This document shows positions 39,540-48,633 of a DNA stretch of 64,000 nucleotides, in pieces. Source of the DNA: Candidatus Omnitrophota bacterium (GTDB taxonomy: Bacteria > Omnitrophota > Gorgyraeia > 1-14-0-20-64-10); NCBI GenBank assembly GCA_016201735.1, contig JACQCH010000011.1:1291-65290 (forward strand), written 5' to 3'. Under the pieces are notes generated by a model. It saw only the letters and a list, made by a program, of their open reading frames with translations, ran no database searches and was not told where the DNA came from. A program made the translations under genes and the position numbers. The first letter of the stretch is position 1; each line of letters begins with the position of its first letter.

Positions 39540-40247
39540 ATGCGTGGAATCCCTCTGTTTTTAGCGGCCGCCCTCGGCAGTATGGTGATGACCGGATGCG
39601 GGGTTAATTTTTATTCGGGCCGGCCCAGCGACGTGCACCGCATTAAAGAGTTGTCGGCCGAGATGGATCGGCTGAAATCGCAGAAGATGGCGGAGGTTCA
39701 GCAGCTCAAGGATGCGCAGGCCCTCCTGGAGCAGCGGTTGAGGAAAGAGATCGGCGACAAGCAGGTGACGTTGGAAATGGCGGAACGGGGGCTGGTTCTT
39801 ACCTTCGTCTCGGAGGTTCTCTTTGACTCCGGCAAGGCGAAGATCCGCCCGGAGGCGGAGGGGGCCCTGTCCAAGGTGGCCTCGGTGATCCAAGAGAAGG
39901 TGGCGGACCGGGAGATCGGCATTGAAGGGCACACGGACGACCAGCCGATCAAGGCGTCGGGCTGGAGATCCAACTGGGAACTCTCGACCGCCCGGGCGAC
40001 GAGCGTGCTGCATCTCTTGGAGGAGAAGGGAGTCAGCCCCAGGCAGATGGTGGCCGCCGGATACGGACAGTATCGGCCGGTCACTCCCAATGATTCTTCC
40101 GGGGGACGCCAGCAGAACCGGCGGGTCGAAATCGTGATCCTGCCCAAGAAGCTCACCCGGAGCGAGCAGGCCCTCCTGCGCCGGGCCCAGGCCTCGGCGG
40201 AACCGGAAGTCGCCAGCAAGGCCAAAGAATTGGAAGAATATAAGTGA
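39540..40247 (+). CDS. OmpA/Pal-family peptidoglycan-associated lipoprotein
   Basis: Lipobox (VMTGC). OmpA C-terminal domain (…GHTDDQPI…NWELSTARATSVLHLL…NRRVEIVIL). Confidence 0.85.
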   Translation: MRGIPLFLAAALGSMVMTGCGVNFYSGRPSDVHRIKELSAEMDRLKSQKMAEVQQLKDAQALLEQRLRKEIGDKQVTLEMAERGLVLTFVSEVLFDSGKAKIRPEAEGALSKVASVIQEKVADREIGIEGHTDDQPIKASGWRSNWELSTARATSVLHLLEEKGVSPRQMVAAGYGQYRPVTPNDSSGGRQQNRRVEIVILPKKLTRSEQALLRRAQASAEPEVASKAKELEEYK

Positions 40248-40254
40248 AATGAAG

Positions 40255-40376
40255 CCCAGACTTACGGAACGAAGTGACGTAAGTCTGCGGCTGAATTTCA
40301 TCCCGAGGCGACGAAGTCGCCGAGGGATCTCGTTTTCAAAGATGAGATTTCTCGGGCCTTTGGCCCTCGAAATGAC
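40255..40376 (+). repeat. structured intergenic element, copy B of the CGAAG-loop hairpin family
   Basis: Hairpin agacttacg-[gaacgaagtga]-cgtaagtct. A core identical to copy A (catcccgaggcgacgaagtcgccgagggatctc). gagatttctc-[gggcc ttt ggccc]-tcgaaatgac, with compensatory changes relative to copy A. Confidence 0.6.
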
Positions 40377-40392
40377 TGCGAGGGATCATTAA

Positions 40393-40752
40393 ATGGAGGA
40401 CCGGTTTAGAGGGCTCACCGTTGCGCTGACCGTGGTGGCGGTGGCGGCCCTATCGGTCTCGTTCCTTTCGGCCGCCAAGGCGAAAAACAATCAGCGGGAA
40501 TTGGTGACGCTCCGGGCGGAAACGCAGCGGCTCAAGCAGGTCGGTCAATCTCTGGAAGCGGGTCTGCGGGAGACGCAGGAGAAGTTTGCCCAGGAGCAGG
40601 CGGCGACCCAGGGCCTGAAAGAAGCGCTGGCTCAGGAGCAGTTAAAAAATAAGGCCTTGGCCGAACAGCTTCAGAGACAACAGCAGCAGGTTTCGAAGGC
40701 CGCGTCCAATGCGCAAGGCCCGCAAGTCAAAAGCAACCTCAAAGCCCGGTAA
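40393..40752 (+). CDS. membrane-anchored coiled-coil hypothetical protein
   Basis: 119 aa. TM helix then a Gln/Ala/Leu-rich coiled coil. GAGGGA RBS supplied by the upstream element. Confidence 0.5.
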   Translation: MEDRFRGLTVALTVVAVAALSVSFLSAAKAKNNQRELVTLRAETQRLKQVGQSLEAGLRETQEKFAQEQAATQGLKEALAQEQLKNKALAEQLQRQQQQVSKAASNAQGPQVKSNLKAR

Positions 40753-41155
40753 GGTCGATTCCCTCATTGTTCTGCAGCCGCGGGATCCCTGGTGGATCTA
40801 CGCCTATTGGGAATTGACGCCAGCCGCCGTCGCGCGGGGCCGGGCGAGGATGGGCCCGGAACAGGAAAGTGCCGCGTGGATCCTTCGTGTTTATGAAGAA
40901 GAAACCTCCCGCTCGTTTGACATCCCCCTGGCTCCGGGTGCCGGCGATTGGACGATTCAGGTCCAGCCGGATCGGACCTGGGTTGTCGAGATCGGCTTGA
41001 GGGGCGAAAGCGGCCGGTTCGCGGCGCTGGCCCGGTCCAACCCGGCTCGGACCCCGCCGGATCGGCCCTCCGATCGGGTCGATGAGGATTGGGGTCTGAT
41101 TGAGTCGATGCCTGAGGGTTGGCCCGGCCCTTCCTCCGGCGAAAGACCCGCCTGA
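40709..41155 (+). CDS. DUF4912-family protein (partner of GH57 branching enzymes)
   Basis: Motif DSLIVLQPRDPWWIYAYWEL is typical of DUF4912. The start is uncertain because the ORF overlaps the previous ORF by 44 nt. Confidence 0.55.
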   Translation: MRKARKSKATSKPGKVDSLIVLQPRDPWWIYAYWELTPAAVARGRARMGPEQESAAWILRVYEEETSRSFDIPLAPGAGDWTIQVQPDRTWVVEIGLRGESGRFAALARSNPARTPPDRPSDRVDEDWGLIESMPEGWPGPSSGERPA

Positions 41156-42756
41156 TTTCCCCCAAAGGATTTCTCTGTCTTGTCCTTCACGGGCATCTGC
41201 CGTTTGTCCGGCATTCCGAAATTCCGGAGTGTCTGGAAGAGGACTGGTTCTTTGAAGCCCTGACAGAAGTTTACCTGCCCCTCCTGGAGATGTTCCGGCG
41301 GCTTGAGGCCGACGGCGTTGGCTTTAAGATGGCGATGGGTCTGTCTCCCACTCTGATCGCCATGATGACCGACCCCCTTTTGGAGTCCCGTTACGAGATT
41401 TATCTGGATCGGCTCGTTGGGCTTTCTGAGTCGGAGTGCCGCCGGACGGCCGGCGATCCTCAGTTCGCCCCCTTGGCCAAACTGTACCATCAGCGCTTTC
41501 TTCGGATCCGGGAATTTTGGAACCAGATCATTCATCGGGACCTGTTAGGGGTTTTTCTGGATTTAAGCCGGAGCGGGCGGCTGGAACTGATGACGACCGC
41601 AGCCACCCACGGGTTTCTTCCTTTGATGGAGGTTTGTCCGGCGGCCCTGCGGGCCCAGATTCAGGTGGGCTGCCAGAGTTTCGAGAAGGCGTTTGGGAAC
41701 CGGCCCGCCGGTTCAAACCGGCCGGCCGGGTTTTGGCTTCCGGAATGCGGGTTCGCCCCTTCGGTGGATTCGGTTTTGTCCGACGCCGGAATCCGGTACA
41801 CCTTTTTGGAAACGCATGGGATCCTCCACGGGACTCCCCGGCCGAGGTTCGGCGTCTACGCGCCGGTCCGTTCTCCATCGGGGCTGGTCCTTTTCGGCCG
41901 GGATCCGGAGACGGCGCGCCAGGTCTGGTCGGCGGCAGAGGGTTACCCGGGTGATTTCCAGTATCGGGAATTTTATCGGGACATTGGCTTCGACCTGCCG
42001 GAACAATATCTGAAGCCGTTCCGCGTCCATGGCGGCTTGAGGACGGCGACGGGAATCAAATATTTCCGGATCACCGGACGGACCGACGCCAAGGAACCTT
42101 ATCAGCCGGAAGCCGCCCTGGCGAAGGCCCGGGAGCACGCGGGCAACTTCCTGTTCAACCGGGAGCGCCAGGCGGAGCATCTTTATCGGATCATGAATCA
42201 GCCGGCCGTGGTGACGGCGATGTACGACGCGGAGCTGTTCGGCCACTGGTGGTTTGAGGGGCCGGCTTGGCTGGAGCATCTTTTCCGGGAATTCGACGCC
42301 AACCGGTCCGTTGTCCAGCTCAAGACCCCGGGGGAGATTTTAGCCCGGGCCGAACGGATTCAGACGGTGACGCCTCATCTATCCACCTGGGGCTGGAAAG
42401 GGTATAATGAGATGTGGCTTCAGGGAACCAACGCATGGATCTATCCGCATCTTCACCGGGCCGCCTGGCGGATGAACGAGTTGGTCTCCGGGAATCCGGT
42501 GGCTTCCGGGATTACCCGGCGGGCGTTGAACCAGGCCCTCCGGGAGTTGTTCCTGGCCCAATCGAGCGATTGGGCTTTTATCTTGGCGCAGAGGACGGCC
42601 TCCGGCTACGCGCAGAGCCGCCTTCAGAAGCACCTCGGGATTTTCGCACGACTCTATGAACAGATTCGATCTGGAAACATTGACTCCGCTGGGCTTACTG
42701 AGATCGAAGGGCAAGACAACCTCTTCCCCTTCCTTGACTACCGGGTCTATCGATAA
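41119..42756 (+). CDS. GH57-family 1,4-alpha-glucan branching enzyme
   Basis: LVLHGHLPFVRH N-terminal motif and overall GH57/DUF1957 architecture. 545 aa. The start is uncertain because ATG 41119 overlaps the upstream gene by 37 nt. Confidence 0.8.
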   Translation: MARPFLRRKTRLISPKGFLCLVLHGHLPFVRHSEIPECLEEDWFFEALTEVYLPLLEMFRRLEADGVGFKMAMGLSPTLIAMMTDPLLESRYEIYLDRLVGLSESECRRTAGDPQFAPLAKLYHQRFLRIREFWNQIIHRDLLGVFLDLSRSGRLELMTTAATHGFLPLMEVCPAALRAQIQVGCQSFEKAFGNRPAGSNRPAGFWLPECGFAPSVDSVLSDAGIRYTFLETHGILHGTPRPRFGVYAPVRSPSGLVLFGRDPETARQVWSAAEGYPGDFQYREFYRDIGFDLPEQYLKPFRVHGGLRTATGIKYFRITGRTDAKEPYQPEAALAKAREHAGNFLFNRERQAEHLYRIMNQPAVVTAMYDAELFGHWWFEGPAWLEHLFREFDANRSVVQLKTPGEILARAERIQTVTPHLSTWGWKGYNEMWLQGTNAWIYPHLHRAAWRMNELVSGNPVASGITRRALNQALRELFLAQSSDWAFILAQRTASGYAQSRLQKHLGIFARLYEQIRSGNIDSAGLTEIEGQDNLFPFLDYRVYR

Positions 42757-43453
42757 ATCCCGGCTCCCCCGCCATGTAGCGATCATCATGGATGGGAACG
42801 GCCGGTGGGCTTTAGGCAGGGGGTTGCCCCGGGTGATGGGGCACCGGGCCGGGATCAAGTCGGTCCGGGCCACGGCGGAGCTGGCCCGGGAGTTGGGAAT
42901 TCAGATCCTGACCCTGTACGCTTTCTCCGTCGAGAACTGGAAACGGAATCCTCGGGAGGTGGCGACCCTGATGCGGCTCTTAGACGAGTATCTCCGCCGG
43001 GAACTGCCGACCCTGATGAAGAACGAGATCCGCCTGAGCGTGCTGGGGGACATCACCGGGCTGCCCCAGGGGGTGCGGGAACATTTGACTCAAGTGATGG
43101 AGACGACGAAGGCCAACGGCCGGATGACCTTGAACCTCGCCTTAAATTACAGCGGCCGGTCCGATATCCTCCAGGCGGCCAAGCGGATCTCCGCAGAAGT
43201 CAGGGCGGGGAAATTAAAGGAAAGCGAGCTCACGGAAACCACCTTCAGCCGGTTCCTTTACACCCAAGACCAGCCGGATCCGGACCTCCTCATCCGGACC
43301 AGCGGCGAACAGCGGATCTCCAATTTCCTTCTCTGGCAGATCTCCTACACGGAGCTGTACCTCACCCCCACCCTCTGGCCGGACTTCGGCAAGCCCGATT
43401 TTCTGAAGGCGCTCGTCGACTATCAGCAGAGGGAGCGGCGCTTCGGCGCCTAG
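42656..43453 (+). CDS. uppS: undecaprenyl-diphosphate synthase (cis-isoprenyl transferase)
   Basis: RHVAIIMDGNGRWA and ENWKRxxxEV motifs. The true start is probably the TTG near 42734, because ATG 42656 overlaps the GH57 gene by 100 nt. Confidence 0.85.
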   Translation: MNRFDLETLTPLGLLRSKGKTTSSPSLTTGSIDKSRLPRHVAIIMDGNGRWALGRGLPRVMGHRAGIKSVRATAELARELGIQILTLYAFSVENWKRNPREVATLMRLLDEYLRRELPTLMKNEIRLSVLGDITGLPQGVREHLTQVMETTKANGRMTLNLALNYSGRSDILQAAKRISAEVRAGKLKESELTETTFSRFLYTQDQPDPDLLIRTSGEQRISNFLLWQISYTELYLTPTLWPDFGKPDFLKALVDYQQRERRFGA

Positions 43454-43727
43454 TGCACCCGGCAGGGAGTTTTCAGCGGGCTGGAAGCCTAGATGTGCGG
43501 CCAGTTCGAGGCGCGACGACGAAGGCGTACTCCCTGGAGTACGTCGAGGAGGAGCAACGATGAAATGGCCGCACAGATGGGCTTCCCCGAAGGGGCTGGG
43601 CGATTTTGGGCTGCGACTGCGTCGCTCGATCGGGCGCGTACCGCTGCGGGTACGCATCCCTCCTCGCTCCTTGTCTCGCTCCAAAATCGCCTCAGCCAAC
43701 CCGCTGAAAACTCCCTGCCGGGTGCAC
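43453..43727 (+). repeat. MITE-like element: 275 bp bounded by 28-nt perfect (32-nt, 1 mismatch) terminal inverted repeats, with internal palindromes
   Basis: gtgcacccggcagggagttttcagcgggctgg at 43453-43484 is the reverse complement of 43696-43727. Internal hairpins include cgtactcc/ggagtacg and gcgac tgc gtcgc. The element exactly fills the uppS-cdsA spacer. Confidence 0.55.
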
Positions 43728-43731
43728 TGAT

Positions 43732-44562
43732 ATGTCGAATCTGCTCCCCCGGCTGATCACAGGGGTGGCTCTTGTCGGGCTGGCGGTCTGGACCCTGTTC
43801 GGGGCCCCTCTTTGGGTTTTCGCCTTCGTGACGACTGGCTTCATCCTGCTGGGGCTGAACGAGTTCTTTTCCCTCGTCGAACTTAAAGGGATCGTCATTG
43901 AGCGGTTGATCGGCCTTTCGATCGGATTGTTGATTCCCCTCTCCATTTATTGGGAGTTTGAACCGACGAAAGGATGGGAGTTGTTTTTCATGGCCCTGGT
44001 TTTTCTCGCCCTTTTTCTGCTGCAGCTGGGCAGGAAGGACAGCTCCCAAGCGATCCAAGGAATTTCCACCGCTCTCTTTGGAATTTTCTATGTCTCCTGG
44101 TGCTTCAGTTTCCTGATCAAGCTGCGGCTGACCACGGGCCCCATGGTTCCCGACGGCCGGTGGCTTGTGGCGTACCTGCTTCTTGTGACCAAAGGAGGAG
44201 ATGTGGGGGGCTATGCGGTCGGGTCGATCTTCGGCCGGCACACCTTGATCCGCCGGATCTCCCCCTCGAAAACCTGGGAGGGGATGATCGGCGGCTTAGT
44301 CTTTTCCCTGGCGGCCGCTTTCTTGATGAAGCCGGCCTTCCCGTCGATTCCCTTAGGGCATCTGCTGGTTCTTGGGCTTCTGCTGGGGATCTTGGGCCAA
44401 CTCGGGGATCTCTCGGAATCGATGATCAAGCGGGATTGCCAGGTGAAGGATTCCGGGAGGATTCTTCCCGGGATGGGTGGGATCCTTGATGTGATCGACT
44501 CTCTTCTCTTCGCTTCGCCAATCTGCTATTTTTATGTCCGGAAGTTTTTCATTGGATCGTAG
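43732..44562 (+). CDS. cdsA: phosphatidate cytidylyltransferase
   Basis: Multi-TM protein. C-terminal CTP-transferase signature (…SMIKRDCQVKDSGRILPGMGGILDVIDSLLFA). Confidence 0.9.
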   Translation: MSNLLPRLITGVALVGLAVWTLFGAPLWVFAFVTTGFILLGLNEFFSLVELKGIVIERLIGLSIGLLIPLSIYWEFEPTKGWELFFMALVFLALFLLQLGRKDSSQAIQGISTALFGIFYVSWCFSFLIKLRLTTGPMVPDGRWLVAYLLLVTKGGDVGGYAVGSIFGRHTLIRRISPSKTWEGMIGGLVFSLAAAFLMKPAFPSIPLGHLLVLGLLLGILGQLGDLSESMIKRDCQVKDSGRILPGMGGILDVIDSLLFASPICYFYVRKFFIGS

Positions 44563-44565
44563 ACG

Positions 44566-45741
44566 ATGAAGAAGCGGATCGTCATTCTGGGGTCCACCGG
44601 TTCCATCGGGGTCAACACCCTGAAGGTGGTGGAGGATCACCCGGAGGAGTTCCGGGTGGCGGGCCTTTCCGCCCAGACCCGCGTGGAGGAGCTGGCCGCG
44701 CAGGCCAAGGCCTTTAAACCGGAATGGATTGCCGTGGGCGAAGCCTCGCGGGCCGATGCACTCCGGCGGCTGCTTCCCGGGTTCGAGGGGCGGATCCTCG
44801 TCGGAGAAGAAGGGGTAACGGAGCTGGCTGTCATGGAGGGGGCGGACCGGGTGATTGTGGCCATCACCGGGGCCGCGGCCTTGAAGCCGGTCTTGGCCGC
44901 CGTCGCCAAGGGCCGGACCCTCGGCCTGGCCAACAAGGAAACCTTGGTGATGGCCGGTGAATTGGTGATGGAAAAGGCCAAGGCCTTTTCCGCGACCCTT
45001 CTTCCGATCGACAGCGAGCATTCGGCGATCTTTCAATGCCTGCAGGGCCAGCCGCGTCAGCAGGTCCGGCGGATTTTGCTCACCACCTCCGGCGGCCCTC
45101 TTCGGGAGGTCCCCGCGGCGGAATTTCCCCGGCTCACCAAGGCGCAGGTGATGGATCATCCCCGCTGGAAGATGGGGCCGAAGATCACCGTCGATTCGGC
45201 CACCATGATGAACAAGGCGCTCGAGGTGGTTGAGGCGGTCCGGCTCTTTGGGGTCGGGGTGGATCAGGTGGAGATCCTCGTCCATCCGGAGGCGATTGTT
45301 CACTCGATGGTGGAATTCATCGACGGCTCCGTGATCGCCCAGCTGGGGATCACCGACATGCGCCTGCCGATCCAGTACGCGATGACCTATCCCGGGCGCT
45401 TAAGCAATTCCCTGCCGGCTCTCGATCTGGTCCGGTTAAAGTCGCTGACCTTCGAAGCGCCCGATCGTCGTAAATTTCCCTGCCTGGAATTCGGTGTTCA
45501 GGCGGCCAAGAGCGGAGGAACGATGTCGGCGGTCTTAAACGCCGCCAACGAAGCCTGCGTCCGGGCCTTCTTGAGCGACGGGCTTCCCTTTGTGCGGATC
45601 CCGTCCCTCATCGAGTCGGTCTTAAGCCGCCATCGATTGGTTCCCCATCCGACCCTGGAACAGATCCTTCAGGCGGATTCCTGGGCTCACGAACAGGTCC
45701 GGAGAGAACTGGCTCCGGTCTCGACAGGAGGATTCCGATGA
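44566..45741 (+). CDS. dxr: 1-deoxy-D-xylulose-5-phosphate reductoisomerase
   Basis: N-terminal ILGSTGSIG NADPH motif and typical Dxr length and signatures. Confidence 0.95.
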   Translation: MKKRIVILGSTGSIGVNTLKVVEDHPEEFRVAGLSAQTRVEELAAQAKAFKPEWIAVGEASRADALRRLLPGFEGRILVGEEGVTELAVMEGADRVIVAITGAAALKPVLAAVAKGRTLGLANKETLVMAGELVMEKAKAFSATLLPIDSEHSAIFQCLQGQPRQQVRRILLTTSGGPLREVPAAEFPRLTKAQVMDHPRWKMGPKITVDSATMMNKALEVVEAVRLFGVGVDQVEILVHPEAIVHSMVEFIDGSVIAQLGITDMRLPIQYAMTYPGRLSNSLPALDLVRLKSLTFEAPDRRKFPCLEFGVQAAKSGGTMSAVLNAANEACVRAFLSDGLPFVRIPSLIESVLSRHRLVPHPTLEQILQADSWAHEQVRRELAPVSTGGFR

Positions 45742-46820
45742 CTCCGTGGCTGGCGTTCTTGATCACGTTAAGTCTCATCATCCTGGTCCATGAGATGGGT
45801 CATTTCCTCATGGCCCGGGCCGTGGGGGTGAAGGTGGAACGGTTTTCCCTCGGATTCGGTCCGTGCCTCGCCCGGTTCACCCGGAAGGGAACCGAATACG
45901 CCATCAGTCTCTTCCCGTTCGGCGGCTACGTGAAGATGGCGGGGGAGTCGGCGGAGGATGGCCCCAAGCAGCCGTGGGAATACCGGGCCCGATCCGTCGG
46001 AGAGAGGATGGCGATCGTCTTCGCCGGCCCTTTCATCAATTACGCGGTCGGCTTTCTTCTCTTCTTTCTGATTTTCCTTTGGGGGGCGCCGATCCTTTCC
46101 GCGACGGTGGGAGAGGTCTTGAAGGGGTATCCCGCCGAGGCGGCCGGCTTAAGGAAAGGGGACCGGATCCTCAAAGTGAACGGGAAGCCGATGGAGAGTT
46201 GGGAGGAGGTCACCCAGGCGATCCGCCAGGAGACCGCCTCGGTGGCGCTTCTCGTCGAGCGGGAGGGGCAAGTCTTCGATCTGGCCCTGACTCCGAAGGT
46301 AAGCGAATCCAAGAATATTTTCGGGACCCAAAGCCGGGTCGGGATGATCGGGATCACCCCGTCGGGGCAGACCCTGACGCGTCGTTACCCGGTCGGGCAG
46401 GCCCTGGCTAAGGCCGGAGAACGGATCTGGGGGCTGACCCTGCTCACCCTTCAGGCCCTCTTCAAGCTCGCTTCCGGCGGGATCTCTTTCAAGGAATCGA
46501 TCACCGGGCCGATCGGGATCTTTTACATTACCTCCGCCGTGGCGGAGCAGGGGCTTCTCTCGCTCCTGCAGTTGATCGGGATTTTAAGCACCAGCTTGGG
46601 GCTGTTCAACCTCTTGCCGATCCCTGTGTTGGATGGAGGGCATCTGGCGTTCCTGGCATTGGAGCGGATCAAGGGAAAGCCGGTGAGCAGCCGGACTCAG
46701 GAGATGATGACTCGGGTTGGGATGGGGTTTTTGTTGGTGCTGCTGGTTGTCGTCACCTACAACGACCTGATCAAGTTCAAGATAGTGGATCGATTTTTGC
46801 CCTTCCTCGGCCGCGATTGA
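45738..46820 (+). CDS. rseP: RIP metalloprotease RseP (site-2 protease; HExxH + PDZ)
   Basis: HEMGHFLMAR zinc motif in TM1, a PDZ domain, and a C-terminal LDGG motif. Confidence 0.9.
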   Translation: MTPWLAFLITLSLIILVHEMGHFLMARAVGVKVERFSLGFGPCLARFTRKGTEYAISLFPFGGYVKMAGESAEDGPKQPWEYRARSVGERMAIVFAGPFINYAVGFLLFFLIFLWGAPILSATVGEVLKGYPAEAAGLRKGDRILKVNGKPMESWEEVTQAIRQETASVALLVEREGQVFDLALTPKVSESKNIFGTQSRVGMIGITPSGQTLTRRYPVGQALAKAGERIWGLTLLTLQALFKLASGGISFKESITGPIGIFYITSAVAEQGLLSLLQLIGILSTSLGLFNLLPIPVLDGGHLAFLALERIKGKPVSSRTQEMMTRVGMGFLLVLLVVVTYNDLIKFKIVDRFLPFLGRD

Positions 46821-46839
46821 AGTTGGTATACTGAATCGG

Positions 46840-48627
46840 ATGGACAAATCTTATAAACACACCGGTCATTCCCGCGAAAGCGGGAATCTGGCACAATTTG
46901 ATCCTCGCTTTCGCGAGGATGACATCCCTTCCTCCAACGTCCGGCGGCGCAGCCGAATGGTCCCGGTGGGGTCCGTCCAGGTCGGCGGCGGGGCCCCTCT
47001 GGCGGTCCAATCGATGACTACCACGAATACCCAGGAGATCGCCGAAACCGTTAGGCAGACCGGCGATTTGATTCGGGCCGGCTGCGATCTGGTCCGAATC
47101 ACCGCCCAGACCACGACGGAGGCGAAGGCCTTAGGGTTGATCAAGGCCCAGTTGGCCCAGAATGGTTTGAACGCCCCGCTGGTGGCCGACATCCACTTTA
47201 ACCCAACGGCGGCCTTGGAGGCGGCGGAGCATGTGGAGAAGGTGCGGGTCAACCCCGGGAACTTTTCCGATTCCAAACGGTTCGCTCAGCGGGAATACAG
47301 CGATGGAGAATACCAGGAGGAGTTGGGCCGGATCGAGTCGGCCTTCGCTCCCTTGGTGGAAAAGTGCAAGCGGCTTAAGAGGGCGATCCGGATTGGAACC
47401 AACCACGGCTCTCTGTCTGACCGAATCATGAACCGGTACGGGGACACTCCCCAGGGGATGGTCGAGTCGGCCATGGAGTACGTCCGGATCGCGGAATCAA
47501 AAGGATTTCATGAGATCATTCTCTCCATGAAGGCCTCCAACCCGGTCATTATGCTCCAGGTAAACCGCCTGCTGGCCGACACTCTCGAGCGTCATGGAAC
47601 CGCCTATCCTCTCCATCTGGGGGTGACCGAAGCCGGCGAGGGAGAAGATGCCCGGCTCAAATCGGCGCTGGGGATTGGAGTCCTGCTGGCCGAAGGGATC
47701 GGCGACACGATCCGGGTTTCCTTGACGGAGAATCCGGTCAAGGAAGTTCCTGTCGCCCGGGCGCTGGCCCGTTGGGCCCAGGACCGGTGGAGTCAAGGCA
47801 AACTGCTCCCTCAGCCGCTGCATCCGTTTACCTGGAGGCGCCGTCCCAGCAGGCCGGCCTTGGTTGAAACACTCGTCATCGGCGGCGAAGAGCAGGTCAA
47901 GGTGGGGCTCTTTAAAGGAGACGCTCCGCATCCTAGAAGCGCCGGCGGGAGGGACACCCCCTGCGAGTTCGTTCTCGAGGACAGCGAGGCGACCCGCTCG
48001 AAATTCCATCTCATCGAGGCGGAAGAGCTGTTGGCCGAGGGGCGCAGGGCCGCCCGCCGGCTCGAGGAGAGGAACGACCGCCGTCCCATGATCCTCGTCT
48101 GGGATGCCCGCCGGTTCCTGGAGGATGACCTGCCCCTTTTGATCGAGGCGGCGGTGCAGGTGGGCGGGCTTTTGGTGGATGGAATCGCGGACGCCGTGGT
48201 GATCCGTTCCAAACTGCCCGCCCAGCGGATCCTGACTCTCATCTACAACCTTCTCCAGGCGGCCCGGGTCCGGTCGGTCAAGACCGAGTACATCGCCTGC
48301 CCGGGGTGCGGGCGGACCCTGTTCGATCTGGAATCGACGACGGGGCGGATCAAGGCGAAGACCGGCCACTTAAAAGGGGTCAAGATCGCTGTGATGGGCT
48401 GCATCGTCAACGGTCCCGGCGAAATGGCCGATGCTGATTTCGGGTACGTCGGCGGCTCCCCCGGAACCGTCAACCTGTACGTTGGCAAGGAGATGGTGGA
48501 GCGGGGGATTCCCTCCGTGCAGGCCGACGAGAAACTGATCGCCCTCATCAAGACCCACGGGAAATGGGTGGATCCCCCCATGACGTCATCTCGAGCCCCG
48601 CAGGGGCGAGAGATCTCGCTTTTCTAA
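46840..48627 (+). CDS. ispG: 4-hydroxy-3-methylbut-2-enyl-diphosphate synthase (long form with insert domain)
   Basis: N-terminal TIM-barrel motifs (VGGGAPLAVQSMTTT) and a C-terminal 4Fe-4S cysteine cluster (ACPGCGRT…GCIVNGPGE). Confidence 0.9.
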   Translation: MDKSYKHTGHSRESGNLAQFDPRFREDDIPSSNVRRRSRMVPVGSVQVGGGAPLAVQSMTTTNTQEIAETVRQTGDLIRAGCDLVRITAQTTTEAKALGLIKAQLAQNGLNAPLVADIHFNPTAALEAAEHVEKVRVNPGNFSDSKRFAQREYSDGEYQEELGRIESAFAPLVEKCKRLKRAIRIGTNHGSLSDRIMNRYGDTPQGMVESAMEYVRIAESKGFHEIILSMKASNPVIMLQVNRLLADTLERHGTAYPLHLGVTEAGEGEDARLKSALGIGVLLAEGIGDTIRVSLTENPVKEVPVARALARWAQDRWSQGKLLPQPLHPFTWRRRPSRPALVETLVIGGEEQVKVGLFKGDAPHPRSAGGRDTPCEFVLEDSEATRSKFHLIEAEELLAEGRRAARRLEERNDRRPMILVWDARRFLEDDLPLLIEAAVQVGGLLVDGIADAVVIRSKLPAQRILTLIYNLLQAARVRSVKTEYIACPGCGRTLFDLESTTGRIKAKTGHLKGVKIAVMGCIVNGPGEMADADFGYVGGSPGTVNLYVGKEMVERGIPSVQADEKLIALIKTHGKWVDPPMTSSRAPQGREISLF

Positions 48628-48633
48628 ATTCCT

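Noticed and set aside
43493-43756. 87-aa + strand ORF and overlapping minus-strand ORFs inside the uppS-cdsA spacer
   Set aside because: They are contained within the inverted-repeat/palindromic element. They have no RBS or domain features, and the ORFs are an artefact of the GC-rich palindromes.
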